In this document: piece by piece, positions 26,301 to 37,139 of the stretch
How the letters are laid out: every line of letters begins with the position of its first letter
How positions within the stretch are numbered: position 1 is the first letter of the stretch
Source: Podarcis melisellensis
Taxonomy: Eukaryota
Reading direction: 5' to 3' (one strand)
Assembly: GCA_964234715.1 (NCBI GenBank)
Contig: OZ174281.1
Length of the DNA: 64,000 bases
Translations under genes and position numbers: made by a program
The notes under the pieces: generated by a model
What the model was told of the DNA's origin: nothing
Database searches by the model: none
What the model saw: only the letters and a program-made list of their open reading frames with translations

Positions 26301-29300
26301 ACCCCCCCCCCGCCCCGCCCCCACAATGTAAACTGCTTTAGAAGCATTTTTTAGTTTAGGGAGGCTGCTATATTGAAAGAGAAAGAAAAGACAAAAACTC
26401 ACTGTGTACATTAAACTAGCTGTGAGTTTAAGTGGATTATAGCCTACCAAAATATAGTTAGTAACCAATCTGTACAGTATGGTGTCCTACTTTTCTATGT
26501 CTATAAAGTACTTGCCTCCTGACATTAATGTCTACCAAAGCATTGTAGCATGTTTTCTATATAGTATCATCATCATGTTTGTCGGCAGTCTTACCTGGTG
26601 GAGACCCAGTGTCCCTCGATAGTAGGAGGCATTTGCACAGTAATTCGGGCTCCATTATGAAGATGTTTCAACATGTGAGGACACTGTGACTCCTTGAAGG
26701 TTCTCCACGCGCTCTTCTCTAATGATCGAGGGTGTGACCTGCTGTCTGGATGAAGAAGTGCAGAACCTTCTCCCAGCCCTGTGAGAAATCAGAGATGGCA
26801 TATGAAATAAATTCTGGTGAATTTGGAGAACTAAAACTGTTTGCATATAATGACTATAATAAATAGCTTTGCTTGCTAGTAATCTTCAGATGTGAAAGAC
26901 TCCTTTCATGAATGGGCTTTGTACATTTGATGTATTTAGGGTAGAGTCCCACATTATGTTCCTGTGCATAAGCACTCAAGTAGGAGGATCAGTGTATTTT
27001 ATTATATAAAAATGGGCATGGAAATTGAAAGCATGTAGAACAGCTTCCTCCTCACAGTGGAATATATACAACCATATATCTAAGAGACAACTTCATGCAA
27101 GGGAAAATGCTTTATTTGTTGCCACAGATACTTACTTTATTTTTTTAACAGTTGTATTTTTTTAAAACAACAACAACAACAACAACACTCTAGGATTATC
27201 AATGACAGCATTCTGTTTATCATTTCAGAAGGCAACAAACTCCCCCTGCCCTTTCTCTTCAAACTTCTTTACTAAACAAAGTCCCCAACTGACCACAAAT
27301 GACCAGAAATTTACTGAAACAGCCAGGCCCTACATCTTTCTATACCATTTCTTTAGTTTCAGAATTTGTTTCATGTTCTAATAGTTAACATGGCCCCATA
27401 GATTTGCATATCATGAGCTGCTATTCTGGTGCCCCACAGACCTGCTAAGTCTGTTAAATGAGGACTGAGGTAACATCAACCAGTCGTGCGCATGTACACA
27501 ATGCTCACTTTAGAAAATAAATAAATTTGGAAAATATACACATACATGTAGTGCATTTCTAAGTAAGTTTACTCATAAGTATGTCCCACTAAGCTTAACG
27601 ATGCTTACAACAAAATATATTTAGGATTCTACTCTTAATTGTGCAGTAGAAAAGCTATTTACCATCACCATAACTTGTATATTTGGACAAACTGTACAAT
27701 ATGTTGACTGCTATGTGGAATGGAAAGATATGTTAAAAAGTGAAAATAATTTTGAATCCATCAGTTCTTGAAACTTTCCTTAGATGCTGTATGCATATAG
27801 CAGTCATGCAGAAACATAATTCTTGGCATGCACCAGTTCCTTTATTCTGATGTTGCGTTGGACAACTAGTTTGCCACTGTGATTCAGTGAATAAAGATTA
27901 GGATTGAGACTTGGGTTCCAATTCCAGCTCAGTCACCAGTGTACTGTAATGATTAAAACAACTTCCAGATCTGAACTGTCATTTTTAAAGCTGCAGAACT
28001 TCCATCTTAAAATTGTTGGAAATCTAATTTATTATGCAAGATTTAATGTATACATATGGTTTTTAATACATGAAAGAATCAGAGAAAGACATGGTATTTG
28101 CATATAGGTGAATTTCTGCATTAAATATACTGAGGCTGCAATCCTGAATGCACCCACTAGTGAATAGGTCTCACTGAACACACTGGTCATGTTCAGACAC
28201 TGCACTAAACCGTAGCTTAGCATAACATCAGTGAGCTATGGGGTTCACGTGCTTCTTTCCTCTCCTGCACCACCAGGGAACCATATGCTGTTTTGTCCAA
28301 ATTAGCATTAATAAACATTAACTACGATTTGTTCAAAACAATGTTAATGTTAACCAGCTTATCAGTTCAAAGCCAGAAGCAAATATTTCCTTACTTCTCC
28401 TTCCAACTGTGTCAGAGAAGGACAGCAGTGAACACATGAGCACAATGATTGCTGTGGCTTGTTTACATCACACTAAACTATAACATCTGCACTGGGCTCT
28501 AGACCTTACTTCTGAGTAACCATGCATAGGATGCCTCTGTAAGGCTGTTAGTTAATATTTCCACGAGGGTGAATTAAGACTTGCTCCATTTGGTACAAAG
28601 GCTCAATAAACTGAGTTCTTGTGAAACCTGTAAACATTAACTCTGTTATTACAATATAAATACAATTCATTTTGTCTAGCAAATGTTTCAAGTGAAACTT
28701 ATCAGCTTTTGAAAGTTTCCAGCAAATAAAACACAATTTATTTAAAGGAGAAGCCTTTGTTTATCTAATCAATTCCCCTAAACAAATATATAGATATATA
28801 TTGATGTGGGAAACAGTTAGATAAGCTCACCACTACCGATCCTAATACACTGCAAAAAAAAGAAAAAGAAAAAAAGATTACATTGGAGATTATTATTTCT
28901 CACTGCCAAGCAGATGTTTCTGTTAGTAGCTCTGCTTTAGTCACTCTGGACATCAAAAGGATTAAAGTCTTGAAAAATCGCCAAATTCATTAAGCAGGAA
29001 AGTCTAGGCCTCAGCAGAATACTGGCAGCACTGTAAAAGGTAATGATTATATATGCTTGCACAACCAGTGTCTATAGATCACATTGGGGTGCTGTAGCAC
29101 ACTGCTGCAAACTCAGTGTGACAGAGAAGATAATTAAGCTTGGGGCACAGTTTGCCATTTCCCCTAACAATGGGGTCTCCAGGAATCAGATGGCAGGATT
29201 CGTCCCTTTAACTGTGTCTCTGACTTTTCTGTGTCTTTCAGCAGGAGCCATTCACTTTTATGAAAGAAAGATGGCTCCCATTCAAGTCTGCACTTCTGGT

Positions 29301-32300
29301 TCTTGATGGTGGACTGGCAGCCAGGCACACAGCATGTACTTCATTGTTGGCAAAGATCAGGTACAAATGCACATCCAGATGTGTGCTTTTTGCATGTGAT
29401 TCCCCAAAGGTGCTGTAAATCACTGGGTCTTTTAATACTGGTGAGAACATACCTATTATTTGAAGCACTGCAAGCAATTTTTATTATCCATGAATCCATT
29501 GCCAATGATATGCAGCATCGCGATGTGCTCAACTTTGGATTTGGCCCAAGCTGGTCAACAGCATTCAGTACTGCATACACACATGCAATATTAATGTGAG
29601 AATTATATTTAGATCTACTAGGCTACAAAAGTAATTGACCGGATTTATGGGGGGAAATTAATCAACTTCATTTATTGGATTTCTTACCTGTCCTTAACCA
29701 AAAGGCCCCAGGGCAAGTTATAATATAAAAATATAATATTAAAATCAATTAAAACAATTTGCAATCAGAAGTAGATCCTTAAAATTCTTAGGCGTAAATG
29801 TTTAATTGGGTAAAAATATCCTCCCAAGATTTAAACAGTGTGTGTGGAAATATTTTAAATACATGTATGTATCAAAACTTTTTCAAGACCTACACTCCCA
29901 GCATTTAATTAATGAGAACATACATTCTGAAAGAGGGGGTTAAATTTGTTTAGTTAATAAGGAGGCAGGTTTATAATAACTCAAGTTATTAACTCATCAA
30001 AAGGAATATTTTTGTGCCTGCAATTATGCCTTTTAATCTAATCTACCACAGATTTCCATTTTCAAAATTAACAGATGGAAAGAAAAAATATCAAACTTCG
30101 GTTCAAGTGGGATCCCTAGTTTAATAAATGCATGTGATAAATGTAGAACAGTATTGGTCCAAGTCCTAATTCTTAATATTGGCTACATTTTTCACCTATT
30201 AGGGAGGCTACATTTTCACCTATTAGGGAAAGGAATGGAGTCCTGTTGCTAATTAAATCACATAGAGAACTTTTTGTGATAGAGCAACCTATAAATGCTG
30301 TAAATTAAATATTAAGAAAATCATATCGTAAAACAGGAACACTATCACACAAACACATTCCAAGAAATTATAAGGTGTAATATATATTTTCATGTACAAA
30401 TTTTGTACATTGTGTATTTGAAAGGTTCAATAAGGCTGCAACAAGTACTACCTTGAAGAATTAAACCGAAGATAAGCAAATGTGAATTTACCGAACAACA
30501 ACAAAAATATAAATACTGCAAGGCTGGTATGTCTCTTCAAATAATTTGTGATATTTTAAAACTGAATTAGCTAAAATGTTTTGAATCCACCTTTGCTGCC
30601 CATCTTGTTAATCAGAGTTGCTAGAGAAGAATGATGTTAGCATTTGACATCTGAAACATTTGTGGCTTTTTGTATAAGCAGAGCAAACCACGATAATGGA
30701 CAAGTTCCAGCTGCAAACCTCTTTTGACATTCAACAGGTTTTATTTTGATTAATGAACACAAGGAGGATTTTTTAAAAAGGCTAGTCCTGTGTTGTTGAG
30801 ATACATTTATGAAGCAATATTAGCATGGATCTGAATCTTGAATTGCATTTTACTTTTATATTTCCATTTGATAAGCAACCAAACTTGACTTCAAAAAGGT
30901 GTGTTAGAATTTTATTGCCTATTTATGTAAACACATTTAATATACTTCTGGATTGCCAGATGCTGTCCAGCTGGCTGAGATACAGCTATGTGATATTTTG
31001 GCAGCATTTCTTTTCAGTTATTGTTTGGCTAGCTGCTGATGAATGTTAAGGGGTGGTTAAGGGGTTGGTGTGGTTAAACTGAGTAAGAGTCAATACACAA
31101 CAGTGTGGCCCAAAAGGCCAATTCCATTTCAGCTTGTTTTAGCAGAAGCAATATATCAAATAGTGGAAAATAATATTAGCGTTATGCATCAGTGATATAT
31201 TAAATCTGTCTGGGACATTCTATTCAGTTTTTGAGCACTGGTTTTCATGGATGCTGATGAAATGTAAAGGGGTGGGAAACCTGTGGCCTTCCAGATGTTA
31301 CTGGACATCAAATCCCACAAGCTCCAGCCAGCATGGTCAACAAACAGGTATGGTGGGAGATGTGATCCAGCAACACCTGGAGGTTCCCTACCCTGCCATC
31401 AAGGATTCAGAAGAGAACAGAGGAAGATATATACAAAAGAAGTCATAAAAGGAAAGGGCAATGGGGTACATGCTTAGAACTGAGATAAGACTATCTATAT
31501 AGGTCTATCTAAGCCACTAACCTATTTTAATGGCAGCCAGCTTAATGCTATCAAAAATCCCACATGCAGAGTAGAAGAGCAATAACTCTTCCTGGTGTTT
31601 TTGCTGGCAAGCAGCTGTTATTCAAAGCTGAATTGCCTTTGGGCACAAACGTTCCATGTAGCAAGGTGGCTAACGCCCATTGATAGACCTACCTTCCTTG
31701 AATTAATCTAATCGTCTTGAAAGCCATTTAAGCCGGTGGCCATCACTACATCCCATGGCAGTGAATTCCAAAAGCTAATTTATACATCATGTGAAGTACT
31801 ATCTCTTCACTATTACTATTTATTCTCTTCCTGAATAAATTTTACTGGGTAGCCACAAGTTCTAGAATTACACAGGAAAATTTAAAAAGTTGTGCTTGCT
31901 TAATTTATAGCCCATCTATCCAACAAAGTCTGTAGTAGTCGTAATATCAAAAAAACAACAACCCCAGTATAAAGTATTACACAAATCTGTACCACAATCA
32001 TAATCGTTGCTGAATCCTACAGATTCTTATTCATGAACAAGTTCCTGATAGGAACATTTTCATTAAGCATGTTTAGGAGTTAAGATGCACTGAAAAAAGC
32101 TACAAGTCCAAGTATTGCATCCAACTGTCTATCCATATGGTTTTTCCACATCAGCTCTCCATCCCTGTATTGTTAATCAGTGACTATGGCCTGAACAAGT
32201 TAATTTTCTCTCTTCTCCTTTTTCTTTTTAATGTTCCCATCTGATGACACTAGTGTGTGTGTGCATGCAGACAAGGCTCCCCATTTCAACTTCTCTTGGC

Positions 32301-35264
32301 AGCGGCTTGTTTGATCTGACTATTGGCCTTGATTTGTTTCACATTTCAGCCAAAGTTTAAAACAGCTGGGTAATTCCAAGCAGATGAGCCTGAGAGTCTA
32401 ACCCTATAATTATACCTTCTCTCCTTACTTAGCCTCTAACTTCAAACCTTCCGTTTTGATTTCTAGACGCCCAGATCACAGAATTTTAAAGTGCACCTTG
32501 GCGTCCATGCAGGTCTGTCTCAACCAGACATATTTATACAGTCTATATATTTTGTAGTTTGAGTTGAAGGGGGAGGAATAAAAAACCCTTTGATGAGCAA
32601 CTCTTCTGTCTATAAAAGCAAGAGATACACAGAATGCTCATGATCTTTATTATTTACTATGTGGCATTTATGTACTTTGCGTTGTCCGAATAAAGGGGAA
32701 GATGTAATTCCTGTGTTCCAAAAACTATAGCAATGACCATTTGGGATTTTAGACATCAATAGTGCATAAAATTAGGCATGTAACTTAGTAAGGTATCTAA
32801 ATAATGCAGAGTTTGCTTTTCAGATATGCTTACTCTCCACAGCTGCCACTGATGATTGCTCAGCATGTTTGAAAATTCAGCAATGGAGTTCAGTGCTGGG
32901 GTCATATCTGCCTAAACGTCACTTCATCTCCTACTGGATGGTTATCCAGCAGTGAAGAGTAAGTCTCCCAATAAACATTTTTGAAGTGTTCAAATACCGC
33001 TTAGAAGGAAATGCTACATACTTTATAGTAGCTCTGGACTAGGTATTATTAAAACTTGAATATTGTGTCTATGGAAGAACACGTTTTTCTAGGAAAGAGC
33101 ATGGTTCCTACAAAAGGAAGTCTTGCCTCATCAGTGTTTTATAATTCATTGGATGTGGGGGCTGTCAACAAACATGGATCAGGGTAATCTGGAAGATATT
33201 ATATACTTGAGCTTTCAACAAAATCTTTACCAGAATCTCTTGAGTAAACTTAGAAGTCCTGGGATAAGGGGGGGGGGGCTATCCTCTTACAGATCAGTAA
33301 CTGGCTGAAGAACAAAAAGCAGAGGGTAGCAATAAATGAACAATTTTCAAAATGGAGGGAACTAAGAAGTACCCCAATGCCAAAGATCTATATTGGGACT
33401 GTTTCATTATGATCAGGGAGGAATATGCTTCAAGTTTTCTAAGTTTGCAAATGATGTCAAATTATTCAGATTGTGGAAATGCAAAGGCAGATTACTAAGG
33501 AGCTCTCCACATATTGGATTAGGGCAGCAAAATGGCAAACAGGTGGTTTCAACAGAGTAAGTGTAGAGTGGTGCACGCTTAACTTCAACCCAACTATATA
33601 TACCTTATATGATTTGAAACATTGTGATTATGCAAGATATGATGTGGTTGTAGTAGTTAGTTCAATGAAAGCATCAACAAATTCCGCATCAGCGGACGAA
33701 AGGCAGAATTATTAGGAAAGGACAGAAAGCAAGACTGCCAGTGTCATAAATAACCTTATATAATTGTATGTTGTTGCATTTAAAATCTATTATACAACTC
33801 TAGTCTTGTATATGATACAAAAATATACAGATTTACGCAGAAGTGGGCCAGGTGCATAAAAGGGTAAGCAAATGATCAAGGGTGTTGAGAGACCTTCTGT
33901 ATGAGGCGTTGGGGCTTTTCAGTTTAGATAACAAGGCAACTAAAAATGAGCATAAAAGAGTTTTAAGATAATGGACACTGTGAGGAAATCAGAAAGAGTT
34001 TTTTCCTTCTTCCTCTCACAATACTAGAACGCAGGGTCAGCTGATGAAATTAATTCACAGCAAATTCAGGACACACCAAGGAAAATACTTCCTCATAATA
34101 AACTTAAGGAACTCATTGCCATAAGATGTGATGGTGACCAGTTGGCTTAGCCTGCTTTAAAAGAGAATGAAACAGATTAAGGGAGCGTATGTCTATAAAT
34201 GGCTAAGGGGACCTTGCATGTTAAGAAATAACTCCTGAAAAGCTGTTGCTGGGCAGAAGTTATTGCTCTCTACCTTTCTTGTGGACTTTCCAGCTGACTA
34301 CTGTTGGAAACAAGATGCTAGATGAGATGGTCCCTTGGTCTGAATACGCTAGTATCCGAGTAGTGTAACTGAAGTCAATGAAATAAAGAGATTGGGCCTG
34401 TGGCCTGAAACTCTTTCCACGTGATCAAGCATGCAGAATCCAAGTTATGCTCTAAACATTTTGCCCATGGATACAATTAAGAAAACAGAGACAGAGGAAA
34501 AATCACGCCATATAGCCCCCAAATGGGACAAGCTAATAAAGATCAAATGTATCCTGTTCAAAGCTTTATAGGCAAAAACCTACCTTTTCACTACAGACGG
34601 CTTTTATAGTGTGTCTTTCAGAACCACCAAAAATCACCCAGCCGACTACAAGTAATATACAATACATTTCTACATGTGGAAGGGGCACTTTCTGACTCTA
34701 GAAAACACACCACACAATTTTTGCCTATTCCAACTAGTTAGCTTTTCTGGAGAACCGAGAGCTCTTGCTTCCAAGCACTGATGTTTGTGGCAACATTTAT
34801 ATCTAAAACTAAAACAGGTAAAATACAGCTTTTCACTGCAGATAGCCCTTAGCCTAAAGTGACACGAGAAAGGGGAAACCATACATAAAGAATAATAATT
34901 ATTATCCACAAGTGCAGCACTACCAGCGTGTGAGGCTGCTCATTACTACAATAAAATATTCAGGTTGCCACTTCGAAGAAAGATCCGCCTAAATAACAAT
35001 AACAACTAATAAATTCATTATTTATATCCCACCCATCTGACTGGGTTTCCCCCAGCCACTCTGGGCAGCTTCCAGCAAAATATAAAAACAAAATAAAACG
35101 TCAAAAACTTCCCAAGTTTTTAAAGTTGCCTAAGAGAGTAAAAGCAATAAACATTTCTCGCAGATATAACAGAAACATTGCAAATGCGTTTATCTGCAGT
35201 ACTCACCATGCAAGAGCAGGGCTAGGAACAGGTATCTCACCAGGCTGCAGCAGAGACAGGACAT
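3507..35264 (-). CDS. APCDD1: APCDD1 gene span (5 coding exons, 515 aa), Wnt-pathway inhibitor
   Basis: Exons of 58+184+532+322+452 = 1548 nt join in frame, all introns GT..AG. The translation follows vertebrate APCDD1 from the signal peptide (RYLF.ALLLHG) to RATSYQMPL and a hydrophobic C-terminus. Confidence 0.97.
4637..4885. mobile_element. Non-autonomous Tc1/mariner (Tigger-like) MITE
   Basis: TIRs cagttgtacctc...gaggtacgactg flanked by TA (4635-36, 4886-87); internal palindrome gattggctgtag...ctgcagccaatc. Confidence 0.8.
7694..7928 (-). mobile_element. tRNA-derived SINE (Squam3-like)
   Basis: Minus strand starts gagccagtgtggtgtagtggttaagagcgg (A box) with ggttcgcgtct (B-box-like), has a gggtgaccttgggccagtcac core, and ends gcgggatatcaaatccaaa. 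Confidence 0.85.
8411..8732 (-). CDS. APCDD1: APCDD1 coding exon 4
   Basis: Acceptor tttcag|AAC; [29 protein letters not shown]...[10 protein letters not shown]; donor G|gtaag; 322 nt. Confidence 0.97.
13659..13707. repeat. (TACA)n microsatellite
   Basis: About 12 tandem taca units. Confidence 0.95.
14040..14800 (+). mobile_element. Decayed Ty3/Gypsy LTR-retrotransposon remnant (integrase core, C-terminus, PPT)
   Basis: 14137-14169 reads [11 protein letters not shown], preceded by an NGPSF-like segment. GTMVTA and TRNVS motifs follow at ~14435-14490. A purine tract agggggaaaggagaga (14775-14790) is followed directly by TG. Confidence 0.6.
14332..14398. repeat. 31-bp tandem duplication
   Basis: tctcaatacaatctcaagccacgcgatatac twice, perfect, plus a partial third unit. 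Confidence 0.95.
16445..16790 (-). mobile_element. L2-type LINE 3' fragment (degenerate)
   Basis: AT-rich tail tttatatttatttatt, then gggagggcaattccaaagtctgggagcaactactgagaagg, typical of the antisense L2 3' end. Confidence 0.5.
17288..17358. repeat. Compound (TC)n(AC)n microsatellite
   Basis: Directly visible. Confidence 0.95.
18190..18225. mobile_element. 36-bp minimal Tigger-type element
   Basis: cggtggtacctcaggttaagaacttaattaccactg with TA on both sides; the empty site is visible in the duplicated copy at ~18635. Confidence 0.85.
18244..18595 (+). mobile_element. Sauria SINE (Squam1)
   Basis: Head gtggtgctgtgggttaaaccacagagcctagg, body gcaagtagataaataggtacc...catgacccggaagctg, tail ctttacctttac; 62-bp flanking duplication. 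Confidence 0.92.
21190..21515 (+). mobile_element. L2-type LINE 3' end
   Basis: agggccttcttggtagtggtacccaccctgtggaatgccctccc...cccagagtggctgg...gggcgaggtataaataaataaattattatt tail. Confidence 0.7.
22040..22790 (+). mobile_element. Degenerate L2 LINE RT fragment
   Basis: cactatgcagatgct (decayed YADD) near 22358 and ttagattattgtaat (LDYCN) near 22693; many stops. Confidence 0.6.
23649..24180 (-). CDS. APCDD1: APCDD1 coding exon 3
   Basis: Acceptor ttacag|T; [29 protein letters not shown]...[13 protein letters not shown]; donor AAG|gtatgt; 532 nt. Confidence 0.98.
24485..24827 (-). mobile_element. Sauria SINE (Squam1), near full length with TSD
   Basis: aaaggtaaaggtaaag tail, body antisense to the 18244 copy, 12-bp TSD tacttagaattg (24472-24483 / 24828-24839). 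Confidence 0.92.
26595..26778 (-). CDS. APCDD1: APCDD1 coding exon 2
   Basis: Acceptor ctcacag|GG; (G)[60 protein letters not shown]; donor AG|gtaag; 184 nt. The ORF track misses this frame. Confidence 0.97.
31266..31395. mobile_element. Old palindromic hAT-type MITE; similar decayed copies near 2290-2400, 46410-46500 and 50735-50855
   Basis: ggggtgggaaacctgtggccttccagatgtt...aacacctggaggttccctaccc; same architecture as the 55775 element. Confidence 0.55.
33060..34340 (+). mobile_element. Old CR1 LINE 3' half
   Basis: Decayed DIIYLSFQ and KFAND.KL motifs; 3' region cctctcacaatactagaac...gatggtcccttggtctga. Confidence 0.7.
35207..35264 (-). CDS. APCDD1: APCDD1 coding exon 1 (signal peptide)
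   Basis: ctggaaATG TCC...; [19 protein letters not shown](G); donor G|gtgagt; 58 nt, phase 1 matching exon 2. Confidence 0.95.
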
Positions 35265-35399
35265 TTCCAGCTCTCCAGCGGCTTCCCCCGTCCAAGCCTC
35301 TCACTTTTCCTTCCGCCTCTTTCTTCCTTTTATCCTCCGGCGCTTTCTTCCTCTCCCTCAACACTTTCTTCTCCGGGAAGCTTTGTGCCTCCCTTGCAA

Positions 35400-36320
35400 T
35401 GCCAATAATCCCCCGCCACACACGCACACAAAATCCTTGTGCGGGAAGAAGATGAAGGGGCGGGCTGGAGAGCCTCTTCTGGGCACCCACCTGGCGGAAT
35501 CAGAATCCCCGCTCCCTCTTCGGGGCCAGCGGCACGAGCAGAAGGAGGAGGCAGCCAAGTCCCAGCTCCTCGCGCGGCGGCGGCTTCTGCCCGAGGCTGA
35601 ACTCCACGCGCTCCCCCTCCTGCGCGGAGGGCTTTCAATACAAGGCGGTGCGCCCCATGCCGGGCGCCCCGAAGGACTCTGGGCGCGCGCAGAGAGTCGT
35701 CTGGGGCTCCTCAGGCGCCTTCCCTGCCCTCTGCAACCTCTCTGGTCGTCCCTGTTTCCCTACCGGCTTCTCCTCCGCGGCTTATTCTCCTCCTCACTGA
35801 GCTGCTGCTGCCGCTGCTGCAGAAACTCCCCTTCATATTTCCCCTTCCAGCGGGCAGAGGAGGAGGAGGAGGGGTCGGGGAGGGGCGCTGCTCGCCTCCG
35901 GATCCCGAAATCGGACACCCTCGACTTGAAAGGAGACTACAAAGGGCTGGGAGATATGCGGAGGGGGAGGATTGCGCCGTTCCCGCCCAGGGCGCGGTCC
36001 CCGCCTCTGCCCTTCCCCTCAGTCATGGGTACCAAGCGAGTCAGATGGCCCGGGCTGAGGGGGGAAATGTCGGGACTCATCAAAGAGCTTCATTTATCAG
36101 GCGCCTCAGCAGAGGCGGCCCGGGCAGATCAAAGACCGGGAAATCCCAAAGAGCGGCGGTTGTGTCAGTCGCTGTTGTCGGCTTCTTTTGGCAGGGAAGG
36201 AGCTGCTCCTAAGTGTGGAGAAGCCTGCCGTGCTCCACGCACACCAGAGATTTCCCACTCAGTCGGGTTGCACAGATGATTTGTGGTTTAAGGGGCTATT
36301 CCTTAAAGGGCGGGGCATCC
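35400..36320 (-). promoter_or_regulatory. CpG island: APCDD1 5'UTR and promoter
   Basis: Sharp GC/CpG enrichment directly upstream of the start codon; GC boxes (~35998, ~36308); TCF/LEF motifs ATCAAAG at 36079-36085 and AGATCAAAG at 36126-36134. Confidence 0.85.
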
Positions 36321-36629
36321 TTATAAGGCCTCTTCACCTAAGGAAAACTCGTGCCTGTGTGCATGTGTGCTCCCCTCATAATGATGCATGCAGTACCTAC
36401 CACAGCTAACCACAACCAATTAAGGATTTATTTGCTTTTATTTGTATAATACAAGCAGTGTTCATTCCAGCACAGGGTTGACTATAAGACACCAGCTATC
36501 CCCACCTGCTACGTTGGATACACTTCAGAATACAAACTGTTGGTTATTTCTGAAAATCTGTTTCTGGTAGTTTCATTAGGCAAGGACAGGGCAGCCCATG
36601 GGTGAGTAGAGGTTTTTTTAAAAAAGTGA

Positions 36630-37010
36630 TGGACCCCTGGATGGTTAAGTTCAGTCAAAGGTGACTATGGGGTTGCTGCACTCATCTCACTTCAGGCTGA
36701 GGGAGCCAGTGTTTGTTCACAGGCAGCTTTCTGGGTCATGTGGCCAGCATGACTAAACCACTTCTGGCACAACTGAACACCGTGACGGAAGCCACAGTGC
36801 ACGGAAACACTGTTTACCTTCCAGCCGCAGTGGTAACTATTTATCTACTTGCACTGGTGTTGCTTTCAAACTGCTAGGTTGGCAGAAGCTGGGACAGATC
36901 AACGGGAGCTCACCCCATCACCCCATCGAGGGGATTTGAACCGCCAACCTTCTGATCAGCAAGCCCAAGAGGGTCAGCAGTTTAGACCACAGCGCCACCC
37001 TCTCCCCTCA
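36630..37010 (-). mobile_element. Sauria SINE, diverged subfamily
   Basis: gggtcatgtggccagcatgactaaacc...tatttatctacttgcact...tttagaccacagcgccacc. Confidence 0.85.
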
Positions 37011-37139
37011 GCGCATCTCCGCAAGGTGAGGAATTTCCTGCTAGAGCAGTGGGCTGTGCTGGAACAGTGATGGGGAAGGGTGGTGGAGCAAAAGGAGTAC
37101 GGACAGTAGTTGTAAACTAAACCTCAAACTCTGACTTGG

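Noticed and set aside
26655-26846. 63-aa minus-strand ORF over exon 2
   Set aside because: Wrong frame; the APCDD1-matching frame is different and fits the splice phases.
35383-36279. 298-aa + strand ORF overlapping the APCDD1 promoter
   Set aside because: Non-ATG start, low-complexity R/P/L/G composition, no recognisable domain; long ORFs are expected by chance in stop-poor CpG islands.
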